A stretch of DNA of 48,033 bases from Eledone cirrhosa. Lineage: Eukaryota. This document shows positions 1 to 14,300 of the stretch, in pieces. Location of the stretch: positions 1 through 48,033 of the forward strand of contig CAXHJY010001238.1 of NCBI GenBank assembly GCA_964016885.1, written 5' to 3'. Position 1 is the first letter of the stretch; each line of letters starts with the position of its first letter. Position numbers and translations under genes: made by a program. Below the pieces are notes generated by a model. The model searched no databases. It was given only the letters and a program-made list of their open reading frames with translations, and was not told the origin of the DNA.

Positions 1-90
1 ACACACACATATATATATATACAGATACACATACACACACATATATATATATACAGATACACATACACACACATATATATATATACAGAT

Positions 91-129
<39 letters not shown>

Positions 130-230
130 CACACAGATACACACACACATATATATATACAGATACACACACACATATATATATACAGATACACACACAC
201 ACACACGTATATATATATACAGATACACAT

Positions 231-269
<39 letters not shown>

Positions 270-274
270 CAGAT

Positions 275-305
<31 letters not shown>

Positions 306-342
306 CAGATACACACACACATATATATATATATATACAGAT

Positions 343-375
<33 letters not shown>

Positions 376-380
376 CAGAT

Positions 381-413
<33 letters not shown>

Positions 414-430
414 CAGATACACACACATTT

Positions 431-523
<93 letters not shown>

Positions 524-550
524 TTATATATATATATATACACACACATT
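1..550. repeat. Compound (CA)n(TA)n microsatellite with CAGATA spacer
   Basis: Recurring CAGATA-(CA)n-(TA)n units. Confidence 0.95.
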
Positions 551-648
551 GCACACATCTCCATAAATAAGGGAGCTGATAGTTTTGCAGCAACGTCAGC
601 AGTAATATTACTTCTGCAACCTCAGTGCAGCTATTGATAACATAACAG

Positions 649-1023
649 AGGTGGTGGTGGTGTTGGTGGTGGTGTTGGTGGTGTTGGTGTTGGTGGTGAT
701 GAAGTGGTGGTGGTGTTGGTGTTGGTGGTGTTGGTGGTGGTGGTGTTGGTGGTGGTGGTGGTGGTGATGAAGTGGTGGTGGTGTTGGTGTTGGTGGTGGT
801 GGTGGTGTTGGTGGTGGTGATGAAGTGGTGGTGGTGTTGGTGTTGGTGGTGGTGGTGTTGGTGGTGGTGGTGATGAAGTGGTGGTGGTGTTGGTGTTGAA
901 GTGGTGGTGGTGGTGGTGTTGGTGTTGAAGTGGTGGTGTTGAAGTGGTGGTGGTGGTGTTGGTGGTGAAGTGGTGGTGGTGGTGTTGGTGGTGATGGTGG
1001 TGGGAGGTGTTGCTGGTGGTGGT
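649..1023. repeat. (GGT/TGT)n trinucleotide tract
   Basis: GGT runs with recurrent GATGAAGT interruptions. Confidence 0.95.
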
Positions 1024-1389
1024 ATGTGTAGTAGAAGTAGTGGTAATGATTGTAGTGTTGGTCGTTGTGGTAATAGTACTAGAGACACGCACACATACAC
1101 ACACATACATCCATTGACACACACAAATGTACACATTGACACAAACACATTCACACACCTTTATACACTCACATACCCACGCACAAACATACATACAGAC
1201 AAACATGCAGATGCCACACACAAACATACACACACACAAACATACACACACACAAACATACCCACACAAACCAACGAACACACATACACACACACACATG
1301 CACACCACCACAAAAATGCATTCTATTGTTGCCTACCGACATAGGTGGCGCTAGCAGTACGAGATAGTAGCAGCGGCTATAGTGAGGTG

Positions 1390-2130
1390 TGTAGTAGTAG
1401 TAGTGGTTGTGTCGGTAGTAGTAGTAGTAGTGGTGGTTGTGTCGGTGGTAGTAGTAGTGGTGGTTGTGTCGGTAGTAGTAGTAGTGGTGGTGGTTGTGTC
1501 GGTAATAGTAGTAGTAGTGGTGGTTGTGTCGGTGGTAGTAGTAGTAGTAGTGGTGGTTGTGTCGGTGGTAGTAGTAGTAGTAGTGGTGGTTGTGTCGGTA
1601 GTAGTAGTAGTAGTAGTGGTGGTTGTGTCGGTTGTGTCGGTGGTAGTAGTAGTAGTAATAGTAGTGGTGGTTGTGTCAGTGGTAGCAGTAGTAGTAGTAG
1701 TGGTGGTTGTGTCGGTGGTAGTAGTAGTAGTGGTGGTAGTAGTAGTAGTGGTGGTTGTGTCGGTGGTAATAGTAGTAGTAGTGGTGGTTGTGTCGGTGGT
1801 AGTAGTAGTAATAGTAGTGGTGGTTGTGTCAGTGGTAGCAGTAGTAGTAGTGGTGGTTGTGTCGGTGGTAGTAGTAGTAGTGGTGGTGGTTGTGTCAGTG
1901 GTAGCAGTAGTAGTAGTGGTGGTTGTGTCGGTGGTAGTAGTAGTAGTAATAGTAGTGGTGGTTGTGTCGGTAGTAGTAGTAGTAGTGGTGGTTGTGTCGG
2001 TGGTAATAGTAGTAGTAGTGGTGGTTGTGTCAGTAGTAGTAGTAGTGGTGGTTGTGTCGGTAGTAGTAGTAGTAGTAGTAATGGTAGTAGTGGTAGTAGT
2101 GGTGGTGGTGATAGTAGTGGTGGTGGTGTT
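1390..2130. repeat. Compound minisatellite GGTGGTTGTGTCGGT(AGT)n
   Basis: More than 20 TTGTGTC(G/A)GT anchors separated by (AGT)n; explains the GGCV(S)n ORF. Confidence 0.93.
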
Positions 2131-2653
2131 ACTAGTAATATCAACTACAACTACTATTACTACTACTATTACTATCACCACCACGACTACCACCACCATC
2201 CTTGCCACTACCACCACCACAACTACCACCAACATCACCACCACCACCACCACCAGCCATACCGCCACATGTGGCAGTTTGGCTACACCATTACCTATGC
2301 ACATTACCGTTGTTCGTTGCTACCAACATGGAGCTGCTACTACCTTCATACCATGTGGAGGGAAAATGTGTGTGGGGGGTGGGGGGGTGGGGTCTGCTGC
2401 TCCTGAAATTAAAGTATTAGTGACTGAGCATTCCAGAACAGAAACATCGTCAATGTGAGTGGGAGGTGGTGGGGAGTAGCTGTATAGTACTACTCCCCCC
2501 CCACCTACTTTTCTATAAACCTATCATGTATCATTGACAATTAGTGTGTCCTTCTCGAATATTATATAAAGCCCTCCCCCCTCCCCCACCCCCACATCGA
2601 GAACGAAAAGCATGGCGACGGACCTGTTCCACAGACACGTGTAGCCTTAACGT

Positions 2654-3045
2654 AGCCCTCAGGGAGATTCAGCTGGACGCATTGTTCGACATGTGGGATA
2701 TTGCTTCTTAGCCCTCAGGGAGATTCAGCTGGACGCATGGTTCGTCATGTGGGATATTGCTTCTTAGCCCTCAGGGAGATTCAGCTGGACGCATGGTTCG
2801 TCATGTGGGATATTGCTTCTTAGCCCTCAGGGAGATTCAGCTGGACGCATGGTTCGTCATGTGGGATATTGCTTCTTAGCCCTCAGGGAGATTCAGCTGG
2901 ACGCATCGTTCGTCATGTGGGATATTGCTTCTTAGCCCTCAGGGAGATTCAGCTGGACGCATGGTTCGTCATGTGGGATATTGCTTCTTAGCCCTCAGGG
3001 AGATTCAGCTGGACGCATGGTTCGTCATGTGGGATATTGCTTCTT
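2654..3045. repeat. 56-bp minisatellite, 7 copies
   Basis: AGCCCTCAGGGAGATTCAGC units start at 2654, 2710, 2766, 2822, 2878, 2934 and 2990. Confidence 0.97.
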
Positions 3046-3175
3046 TCAGGCATCAACCATCGGTACACCCATACATGTGGTAGTCTTGTTATCACCACCA
3101 CTATATAATAGACACATGTGTGATATTGTTGGTATCAACACTATAACTAAACATGCACTGTTACTATATCTATAA

Positions 3176-3491
3176 ACACACACACACACATATACATATA
3201 TATACACATACATATATATATGCATATATATATACATATATATATACATATATATATATACATATACATATATATATATACATATATATATATACATATA
3301 TATAGACATATATATATATACATATATATATACATATATATATATACATATATATATACATATATATATACATATATATATATACATATATATATATACA
3401 TATATATATACATATATATATATACATATATATATACATATATATATACATATATATATATACATATATATATATACATATATATATATAC

Positions 3492-3536
<45 letters not shown>

Positions 3537-3585
3537 TATATGTACATATATATATATATACATATATATACATATATATATGTAC

Positions 3586-3617
<32 letters not shown>

Positions 3618-3621
3618 GTAC

Positions 3622-3652
<31 letters not shown>

Positions 3653-3677
3653 CATATATATACATATATATATATAC

Positions 3678-3724
<47 letters not shown>

Positions 3725-3787
3725 CATATATATACATATATATATATACATATATATATATACATATATATACATATATATATATAC

Positions 3788-3850
<63 letters not shown>

Positions 3851-3913
3851 CATATATATACATATATATATATACATATATATATATACATATATATACA
3901 TATATATATATAC

Positions 3914-3946
<33 letters not shown>

Positions 3947-3997
3947 CATATATATATACATATATATATACATATATATATACATATATATATATAC

Positions 3998-4046
<49 letters not shown>

Positions 4047-4117
4047 CATACATATATATACATATACATATATATATATACATATATATACATATATATA
4101 TACATATATATATATAC

Positions 4118-4148
<31 letters not shown>

Positions 4149-4149
4149 C

Positions 4150-4190
<41 letters not shown>

Positions 4191-4295
4191 TATACATACA
4201 TATATATACATATATATATATATATATACATATATATACATACATATATATACATATATATATATATATACATATATATACATACATATATATAC

Positions 4296-4384
<89 letters not shown>

Positions 4385-4423
4385 CATATATATACATATA
4401 TATATATATATACATATATATAC

Positions 4424-4486
<63 letters not shown>

Positions 4487-4505
4487 CATATACATATATA
4501 TATAC

Positions 4506-4537
<32 letters not shown>

Positions 4538-4569
4538 ATACATATATATACATATACATATATATATAC

Positions 4570-4600
<31 letters not shown>

Positions 4601-4655
4601 CATATACATATATATATACATATATATATACATATATATATACATATATATATAC

Positions 4656-4690
<35 letters not shown>

Positions 4691-4959
4691 CATATATATA
4701 CATATATATATATACATATATATATACATATATATATACATATATATATATACATATATACATATATATATATACATATATATATACATATATATATATA
4801 CATATATATACATATATATACATATATATACATATATATACATATATATATACATATATATATATACATATATATACATATATATATATATACATATATA
4901 TACATATATATATATACATATATATACATATATACATATATATACATATATATATATAC

Positions 4960-4992
<33 letters not shown>

Positions 4993-5007
4993 CATACATA
5001 TATATAC

Positions 5008-5044
<37 letters not shown>

Positions 5045-5055
5045 CATATATATAC

Positions 5056-5092
<37 letters not shown>

Positions 5093-5693
5093 CATATATA
5101 CACATATATATATACACATATATATATACACATATATATATACACATATATATATACATATATACACACATATATATATACATATATACACACATATATA
5201 TATACACATATACACACATATATATATACACATATATATACATATATACACACATATATATATACACATATATATATATACATATATATACATATATACA
5301 CACATATATATATACACATATATATATATATATATATACATATATACACACATATATATATACACATATATATATATATATATATACATATATACACACA
5401 TATATATATACACATATATATATATATATATATACATATATACACACATATATATATACACATATATATATATATATATATACATATATACACACATATA
5501 TATATACACATATATATATATATATATATACATATATACACACATATATATACACATATATATATATATACATATATATATATACATATATATATACACA
5601 TATATATATATATACACATATATATACACATATATATATATATACACATATATATATACACATATATATATATATACACATATATATATACAC

Positions 5694-5742
<49 letters not shown>

Positions 5743-5777
5743 TATACATATATATACATATATATACATATATATAC

Positions 5778-5808
<31 letters not shown>

Positions 5809-6037
5809 CATATATATACATATATATATATATATATACATATATATACATATATATATATATACATATACATATATATACATATATATATATATATATA
5901 CATATATATACATATATATATATATACATATACATATATATACATATATACATATATATACATATATATATATATACATATACATATATATATATATACA
6001 TATACATATATATACATATATATACATATACATATAC

Positions 6038-6102
<65 letters not shown>

Positions 6103-6161
6103 CATATACATATATATACATATACATATATATACATATATATATATACATATACATATAC

Positions 6162-6195
<34 letters not shown>

Positions 6196-6223
6196 ATATA
6201 TACACATATATATATATATACAC

Positions 6224-6256
<33 letters not shown>

Positions 6257-6306
6257 TACATATATATATATATATACACATATATATATATACACATATA
6301 TACACA

Positions 6307-6338
<32 letters not shown>

Positions 6339-6581
6339 CATATACATATATATATATAGATATACACATATATACATATACATATATATATACACATATA
6401 TACATATACATATATATATACACATATATACATATACATATATATATACACATATATACATATACATATATATATACATATATATATACACATATATACA
6501 TATACATATATATATACATATATATATACACATATATATATATATATATACATACACACACATACATATATACATACATAT

Positions 6582-6613
<32 letters not shown>

Positions 6614-6741
6614 ACATACATATATATATATACACATACATATATATATATATACACATACATATATACATACATATATATATATACATACATATATATA
6701 CACACACATACATATATACATACATATATATATATATATAT
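3176..6741. repeat. ~3.6-kb (TA)n array with CA interruptions
   Basis: Almost pure TA/CA; source of the 900-1270 aa YI-repeat ORFs. Confidence 0.98.
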
Positions 6742-7350
6742 GGTGGCTGCCAACTCGTTTTCGAGTACGGCCACTACTTTATATCCATGTAGGAGAACCC
6801 CTACCGATGCGCTGAACGCGTGTGACTTTTTAGTCCAGCCAGCGACTTGAAAACTCTGGTACAAACACTACACTTGTGACAATTACTGACACATAGTGCT
6901 GGGCCCATGGTACCATGTGACGACAAGTGCAGAGAGATCTCCAGATATAAAGCAATGCCTGTGCCGTGAAGCTTTTATAGTGAGCAAAGGCACTGCACAA
7001 AGCCAGTCCCACTCTCTTAACCAAGATGATATTTACCAAAAAGAAGAACAAGTCAACATCATTGGATACCATCAGGGTTGCAGGTGTTATATCAGAGTTT
7101 TCCTTCTCCTAGAATTCTGCCTTGACAAAGGCTAAGGGGTCATCTCTCCCGGTGATTTTGGATGGCTATTGACTCTTAAGAGCTCCTTTGCCCTTTGACA
7201 GGTTTTGTTTTTAGTCCTGCATGATGTCCAAAGTCACCCTCCTCACCAAGAAACCTTGGTGGGGTTGCCAGTTTAGTCGCCAACGACCCGACCATGGGAC
7301 AGGTTGTACTGGGATACATGTTACCAGTAGCACCAACTGGTGACCTGACA
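6742..7350 (-). mobile_element. Non-autonomous, internally deleted RTE-type LINE (5' UTR joined to 3' end)
   Basis: Minus 6878-6801 encodes [25 protein letters not shown], a C2H2 finger like those ending RTE ORFs. The 5' ~100 bp matches 44400-44498, which leads into RTE endonuclease/RT remnants. (TA)n lies on both sides. Confidence 0.75.
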
Positions 7351-7425
7351 TATATGTATGTGTGTATATATATATATACATACACACATACATACATATA
7401 TATATATACATACACACATACATAT

Positions 7426-7468
<43 letters not shown>

Positions 7469-7565
7469 CACACATACATATATACATACATATATATATA
7501 TATATATATACATACATACACACATACATACATATATATATATATATACATACACACATACATAT

Positions 7566-7606
<41 letters not shown>

Positions 7607-7607
7607 C

Positions 7608-7659
<52 letters not shown>

Positions 7660-7748
7660 ATATATATGGTCATCAGAGTACTCCGTGTACAATAAATCAG
7701 TATCCCACATTGGCTGAATATATATATCATAAATATTTGGTCTACCGG

Positions 7749-7798
<50 letters not shown>

Positions 7799-7912
7799 TT
7801 CAAGAGTAACCAATCTTAAAGAGAGAGATGGAGATAGGAGAGGAGAGGTTATATATATGGAACATTACATTATGTAACATTCTCTCCTTATTTTAATTTA
7901 TATTCCTTTGAA

Positions 7913-8031
7913 GTTCCGATGAGCCGCTCTGTTTTTAAATATGTTAATTATTTTCAACTGAACCAGATCAATAATGATATATAGTCATCTGATCTAGAAA
8001 TATTATATGGAGTAACGAAACAATTGTAAAC
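7913..8031 (+). ncRNA. Degenerate type I hammerhead ribozyme
   Basis: gtt-CCGATGA (7916-7922, U4C) ... ~94-nt stem II ... GAA-ACAATTGT (8020-8027)-A-aac; palindromic stem III, GUA site, 3-bp stem I. Confidence 0.6.
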
Positions 8032-8222
8032 GGACATTATTATTATTAATATTATTATTATTATTCTCTACATTCCTTACATCAAACTAAAATATGTTGA
8101 CAATCTTTTAATAATGTCTTCCTTGTGAAGTTTGTGGTCTTGTTTTGCTTGACTAACGAATATATATATATATAATCCTTATCGAGCCCTCTTCGGATTT
8201 TAGTTTTCACATTTATTATTAC

Positions 8223-8267
<45 letters not shown>

Positions 8268-8307
8268 TCAGCCATCGGGGTCCCAATTCTTTCTTATATA
8301 TATATAT

Positions 8308-10047
8308 GAATGAATGTGTGAGTGGAGGCGTGTGTGTATATATATATGAATGTGTGAGTGGAGGCGTGTGTGTATATATATATGAATGTGTGAGTGGAGG
8401 CGTGTGTGTATATATGTATTAATGTGTGAGTGCAGGCGTGTGTGTATATATATATGAATGTGTGCGTAGAGGCGTGTGTGTATATATATATGAATGTGTG
8501 CGTGGAGGCGTGTGTGTATATATATATGAATGTGTGCGTAGAGGCGTGTGTGTATATATATATGAATGTGTGCGTGGAGGCGTGTGTGTATATATATATG
8601 AATGTGTGCGTGGAGGCGTGTGTATATATATATATGAATGTGTGAGTGGAGGCGTGTGTATATATATATATGAATGTGTGAGTGGAGGCGTGTGTGTATA
8701 TATGTATTAATGTGTGTGTGGAGGCGTGTGTATATATATATATGAATGTGTGAGTGGAGGCGTGTGTGTATATATATATGAATGTGTGAGTGGAGGCGTG
8801 TGTGTATATATATATATATGAATGTGTGAGTGGAGGCGTGTGTGTATATATGTATTAATGTGTGAGTGGAGGCGTGTGTGTATATATATATGAATGTGTG
8901 AGTGGAGGCGTGTGTGTGTATATATGTATTTATGTGTGAGTGGAGGCGTGTGTGTATATATGTATTAATGTGTGAGTGGAGGCGTGTGTGTATATATATA
9001 TATTAATGTGTGAGTGGAGGCGTGTGTGTATATATGTATTAATGTGTGAGCGGAGGCGTGTGTGTATATATGTATTAATGTGTGAGTGGAGGCGTGTGTG
9101 TATATATATATATATGAATGTGTGAGTGGAGGCGTGTGTGTGTATATATGTATTTATGTGTGAGTGGAGGCGTGTGTGTATATATGTATTAATGTGTGAG
9201 TGGAGGCGTGTGTGTATATATGTATTTATGTGTGAGTGGAGGCGTGTGTGTATATATGTATTAATGTGTGAGTGGAGGCGTGTGTGTATATATGTATTAA
9301 TGTGTGAGTGGAGGCGTGTGTGTATATATATATTAATGTGTGAGTGGAGGCGTGTGTGTATATATGTATTAATGTGTGAGTGGAGGCGTGTGTGTATATA
9401 TGTATTAATGTGTGAGTGCAGGCGTGTGTGTATATATATATGAATGTGTGCGTAGAGGCGTGTGTGTATATATATATGAATGTGTGCGTGGAGGCGTGTG
9501 TATATATATATGAATGTGTGAGTGGAGGCGTGTGTGTATATATATATGCATGTGTGTATATATATATATATGAATGTGTGCGTGGAGGCGTGTGTATATA
9601 TATATGAATGTGTGAGTGGAGGCGTGTGTGTGTATATATATATGAATGTGTGTATATATATATATATGAATGTGTGAGTGGAGGCGTGTGTGTATATATA
9701 TATGAATGTGTGCGTAGAGGCGTGTGTGTGTATATATATATGAATGTGTGCGTGGAGGCGTGTGTGTATATATATATATGAATGTGTGAGTGGAGGCGTG
9801 TGTGTATATATATATATATGAATGTGTGAGTGGAGGCGTGTGTGTATATATGTATTAATGTGTGAGTGGAGGCGTGTGTGTATATATATATGAATGTGTG
9901 AGTGGAGGCGTGTGTGTGTATATATGTATGAATGTGTGAGTGGAGGCGTGTGTGTATATATGTATGAATGTGTGCGTGGAGGCGTGTGTGTATATATATA
10001 TGAATGTGTGAGTGGAGGCGTGTGTGTATATATGTATTAATGTGTGT
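8308..10047. repeat. ~34-40-bp minisatellite AATGTGTGAGTGGAGGCGTGTGTG(TA)n
   Basis: Dozens of tandem units with variable TA length. Confidence 0.96.
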
Positions 10048-10479
10048 GCGCATGCCCTCCGCATCCCTATTACCTTTTATATGTTCTATCCTCAGAACCA
10101 TCAATTTTATGGATTGCATTGATAGCATTTTGTCCACTACATCATACCTGATAGGTAGATATCATCGTGATGACATCTTTGACTAGCTGCTTATGATGTC
10201 GAGGACACCCTGGATGTTCATTCCACAGAATCTGCCCCTGTTGTCACATCTAGGTGTTTTACCTGCATTCTATCTCTTTGAACACCAGGTTTTCGTGGTT
10301 ATTTCCTGTTCTTGGACTGCCAAAGTATATCTTTCAAAGTGAGAGCTAAGGTACGTCTTGCTGGTCCAACATATTTTAGTTAACCTTTTTTTTGATGACT
10401 TAAATATGTTTATTTACAATAGTTTAAAAATTTGCCTATTAATCCGTATGGTGAGCAAATGGGGTCCCACGTGCTGGCC

Positions 10480-10690
10480 TCCACACAGCCCCGGCGGACA
10501 GAATGGAGAAGGCGTTTCCCCGGAGGATGGTAAGGGGGATGCGCTGGAAGAGCCATTCCAACTCGCGAGGCTCACACCTGCGGCTGGCCAGCTCAGCGCC
10601 TATGGCGGTGAATAGAGGGGTAGCCCTAGGGCCAAGGACACCAGAAGTCTCCACCGCCAAGAACACGACCGCGAACTTGTCGGAGAGCGA
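10480..10690 (-). mobile_element. CRE-like non-LTR retrotransposon 3' fragment (end of restriction-like endonuclease)
   Basis: FLAVETSGVLGPRA...IG..L...EPRELEWLFQRIPLTILRGNAFSI resembles the CRE C-terminal AVETxG...QRxSxAxQRGNA pattern; GC-rich island. Confidence 0.7.
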
Positions 10691-10924
10691 CTATATTACT
10701 CTCACTTTGAAGCTTTCTGAAAATATAACCATCTACGACTTATTACTGACGGGCATGCAGCTTTTATATCTGTTGACCCGTTGTGGTAGAACTGTGCAAG
10801 GTTTGGGTCATCAGTCACAGAGTATTTCTCAAGAAGCTCCTTCACAACTCTAATGATGTTATCTGCCTCGTGTAAGACAAACTTGTTCTATCGATGGGCT
10901 TCTTGTTGCAAAGATATGATGTGA

Positions 10925-11790
10925 CCAGCCAGTTAGCCAGTTAACCAACCAACACATCAACCAGCCAGCCAGTTAACCAACCAACACACCAACCAACCAG
11001 TTAACCAACCAACACACCAACCAGCCAGCCAGCCAGTTAACCAACCAACACACCAAACAACCAGCCAGCTAGTTAACCAACCAACACACCAACCAGCCAG
11101 CCAGTTAACCAACCAACACACCAACCAACCAGCCAGTTAACCAACCAACACACCAACCAACCAGCCAGCCAGTTAACCAACCAACACACCAACCAGCCAG
11201 CCAGTTAACCAACCAACACTCCAACCAGCCAGCCAACCAACCAACCAACCAGCACACCAGCAAACCAACTAACCAACCCACTAACCAACCAACCAACACA
11301 CCAACCAACCAACACACCAACCAACCAGCCAGTTAACCAACCAACACTCCAACCAGCCAGCCAACCAACCAACCAACCAACCAGCACACCAGCAAACCAA
11401 CTAACCAACCCACTAACCAACCAACCAACCAACACACCAACCAACCAGCCAGCCAGTTAACCAACCAACACACCAACCAACCAGCCAGCCAGTTAACCAA
11501 CCAACACACCAACCAGCCAGCCAGTTAACCAACCAACACTCCAACCAGCCAGCCAACCAACCAACCAACCAGCACACCAGCAAACCAACTAACCAACCCA
11601 CTAACCAACCAACCAACACACCAACCAGCCAGCTAGCCAGTTAACCAACATACCAACCACCCAACCAGCCAGCACACCAACAAACCAACCAACACACCAA
11701 CCAGCCAGCTAGCCAGTTAACCAACATACCAACCACCCAGCAAACCAACCAACCAACCAACCAACCAACCAGTAAAACACTCAGCCAGTC
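10925..11790. repeat. (CCAA/CCAG)n compound satellite with GTTAAC spacers
   Basis: Direct inspection. Confidence 0.95.
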
Positions 11791-12029
11791 AACCAGTCAC
11801 AGCGACTTCTACCACATGTGTTTACTACTAATATTTTCAGCAAACGAAGAAAGCCTCTTGGTGGTAATTCGATCTGCAAGAAATAGCAGCCAAGACTCTG
11901 CATCGCTGCCATCTTATAAAGGAAAACAGAACATATTAAATAATGCAGCCGTTCATATTCCCACAAAACGTTGGTGGGATGGCCACGACTGGAACGCTTT
12001 TGATCATAGGTCTTTGGTCAGTCAGAACA

Positions 12030-13681
12030 AGAACCACCAACACGACGACCACCACGACCACCATGAAAACTACCACCACCACCACCACTACTGCTACTAC
12101 TACTACTTGTACCAACATGACCTCACCAATATGCACTCTTGCAGCTAGCATCGTGACGTCACCCATACTACATGTGTCACAGTAACAAGCGCTATTATGA
12201 TGTCACTTCGCCGCCAACTTCTCCGGAACAAATCAGTTACTATAGCAACCACTATGGCGTCAGCCTCTTCACACACGTGTATTGCCATAGTTACCCAAGA
12301 TGACGTCACACCGCCAACTCTCCATCCATCCATCCATCGACATTTGCGATTCTGCCCTAAAAACCCACCACCACCACCACAATCACCATCACCGTCAGCA
12401 GCAACACCACCACCATCATTACCACCACCACCACTGGTAACATCAACACCACCACAACCACCACCAGCTGCACCACCACCACCACCTGTACCACCACCGC
12501 CAGCTGCACCAACAGCAGCTGCACCACCACCGCCACCAGCTGCACCCCCACCACCACCAACAGCAGCTGCACCACCACCGCCACCAGCTGCACCCCCACC
12601 ACCACCGCCACCAGCTGCACCCCCACCACCACCAGTACCACCGCCACCAGCTGCACCCCCACCACCACCAGTACCACCACCACCAGCTGCACCACCGCCA
12701 GCACCACCACCACCACCACCAGTACCAGTACCACCACCACCATCACCACCAGTACCACCACCACCGCCACCGCCAGCACCACCACCACCACCACCACCGT
12801 CAGTACCAGTACCACCACCACCACCACCAGTAACACCACCACCACCACCACCACCCCAGTACCACAACCGCCAGTACCAGTACCACCACCACCACCACCA
12901 CCACCACCGCCAGTACCAGTACCATCACCGCCAGCACCACCACCACCACCACCGCCAGTACCAGTACCATCACCACCAGTACCACCACCACCACCACCAC
13001 CATCACCCCCAGTACCACCACCACCACCACCATAACCAGCACTAAACACCACGCCACGACATGATTTACTCCTCCACATACCGTTTGCCCCCTCCCCTCC
13101 ATTAGATGTATCGACAATGCTATTACCTAGCCAGAAAATAGGATGTTGTGTCGTTCATGCTTTCCCTCAACTTTAGCAGCAAAGGTGAACCACCACAACA
13201 ACAACAACAACAACAGTGGGAATATTTTGGATTAAAATGGCGTCGGATTTTCAGTTCGTTTCTAGGTTTTAACTGCTGCACTTTCCTGCATCTGCATCAG
13301 CAGCAGCATCAACATCATCATTACACTGCCATCACCATCATTATCACCACCACTACTCCTACTCCCATCACCACCACCACTACTACCATCACCACAAGCA
13401 ACACACCATCATCCACACACCTACCACCACCATCCCCACCAGCACCACCACCATCCCCACCACCACCACAACCATTACCATCACCACAACACCAACATCC
13501 ACACTGCAACCACCATCATCACCACAACACCTACCAACATCACCACCACCACCCCTACTACTACTACTAACACCGCCACCACCACTACTACTACCACCAC
13601 CACCAACACACCACCACTACACCGCCACCACCACCAACACACCACCACTACACCGCCACCACCACCAACACACCACCACTA

Positions 13682-13713
<32 letters not shown>

Positions 13714-13720
13714 TCATCAT
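12030..13720. repeat. (CAC/CCA/CAT)n low-complexity region
   Basis: Trinucleotide runs giving Pro-, Gly- and His-rich ORFs in several frames on both strands. Confidence 0.9.
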
Positions 13721-13842
13721 AAGCAGCAGAAGATGTTTACGAGGAATACAATGCTGAGTTGTACATTAGAAGAGAAAATGTCTTGCATGGAACTGGAGAG
13801 ATGTTTAGTGAGGTTTATCTATATACTGTGGAGCCCCGGGTA

Positions 13843-14300
13843 CAGCTGGCTCTAGGACCTGGGTAGATATAATTATACCCCTACACCCAACTATAGCTGG
13901 CTATAGGACCTGGGTAGAGATAAATATACCCCTACACCCAACTATAGCTGGCTATAAGACCTGGGTAGAGATAAATATACCCCTACACCCACCTATAGCT
14001 GGCTATAGGACCTGGGTAGAGATAAATATACCCCTACACCCACCTATAGCTGGCTATAAGACCTGGGTAGAGATAAATATACCCCTACACCCAACTATAG
14101 CTGGCTATAAGACCTGGGTAGAGATAAATATACCCCTACACCCACCTATAGCTGGCTATAAAACCTGGGTAGAGATAAATATACCCCTACACCCAACTAT
14201 AGCTGGCTATAGGACCTGGGTAGAGATAAATATACCCCTACACCCACCTATAGCTGGCTATAAGACCTGGGTAGAGATAAATATACCCCTACACCCACCC
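13843..14300. repeat. 51-bp minisatellite, 9 copies, decaying to ~14560
   Basis: GGGTAG anchor at 13861, 13912, 13963 ... 14269. Confidence 0.96.

Noticed and set aside
1345-2458. GGCV(S)n, poly-Thr and poly-Val ORFs
   Set aside because: Trinucleotide-based repeat open in several frames on both strands; no unique coding context.
2654-3045. CRISPR-like regular array (also 13843-14300)
   Set aside because: Units are contiguous with no unique spacers, no cas genes, eukaryotic context.
3046-6864. 900-1270 aa ORFs here, and similar YI-repeat ORFs at 20-21 kb and 25-28 kb
   Set aside because: TA/CA/TG repeats lack stop codons, so multiple frames on both strands are open; no domain content.
7255-7350. 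HDV-like ribozyme in the RTE 5' UTR (GTCG/CGAC hairpin, CTAA, CCAGT/ACTGG)
   Set aside because: I could not build P1, P3 and L3 in the required order; needs a descriptor search.
7668-7690. CTGATGA on minus (also CTGAGGA ~10090, CTGATGA 18278 and 30235)
   Set aside because: No compatible GAAA, stem III and stem I could be paired.
12197-13045. 282-aa proline-rich extensin/formin-like ORF
   Set aside because: Explained by (CCA)n; the opposite strand is equally open. An exon cannot be excluded without RNA-seq, but nothing supports one.
13857-14300. Open frame through the 51-bp repeat (TWVEINIPLHPTIAGYR/K)n
   Set aside because: No start codon or splice evidence; one open frame in a 17-codon unit is expected by chance.
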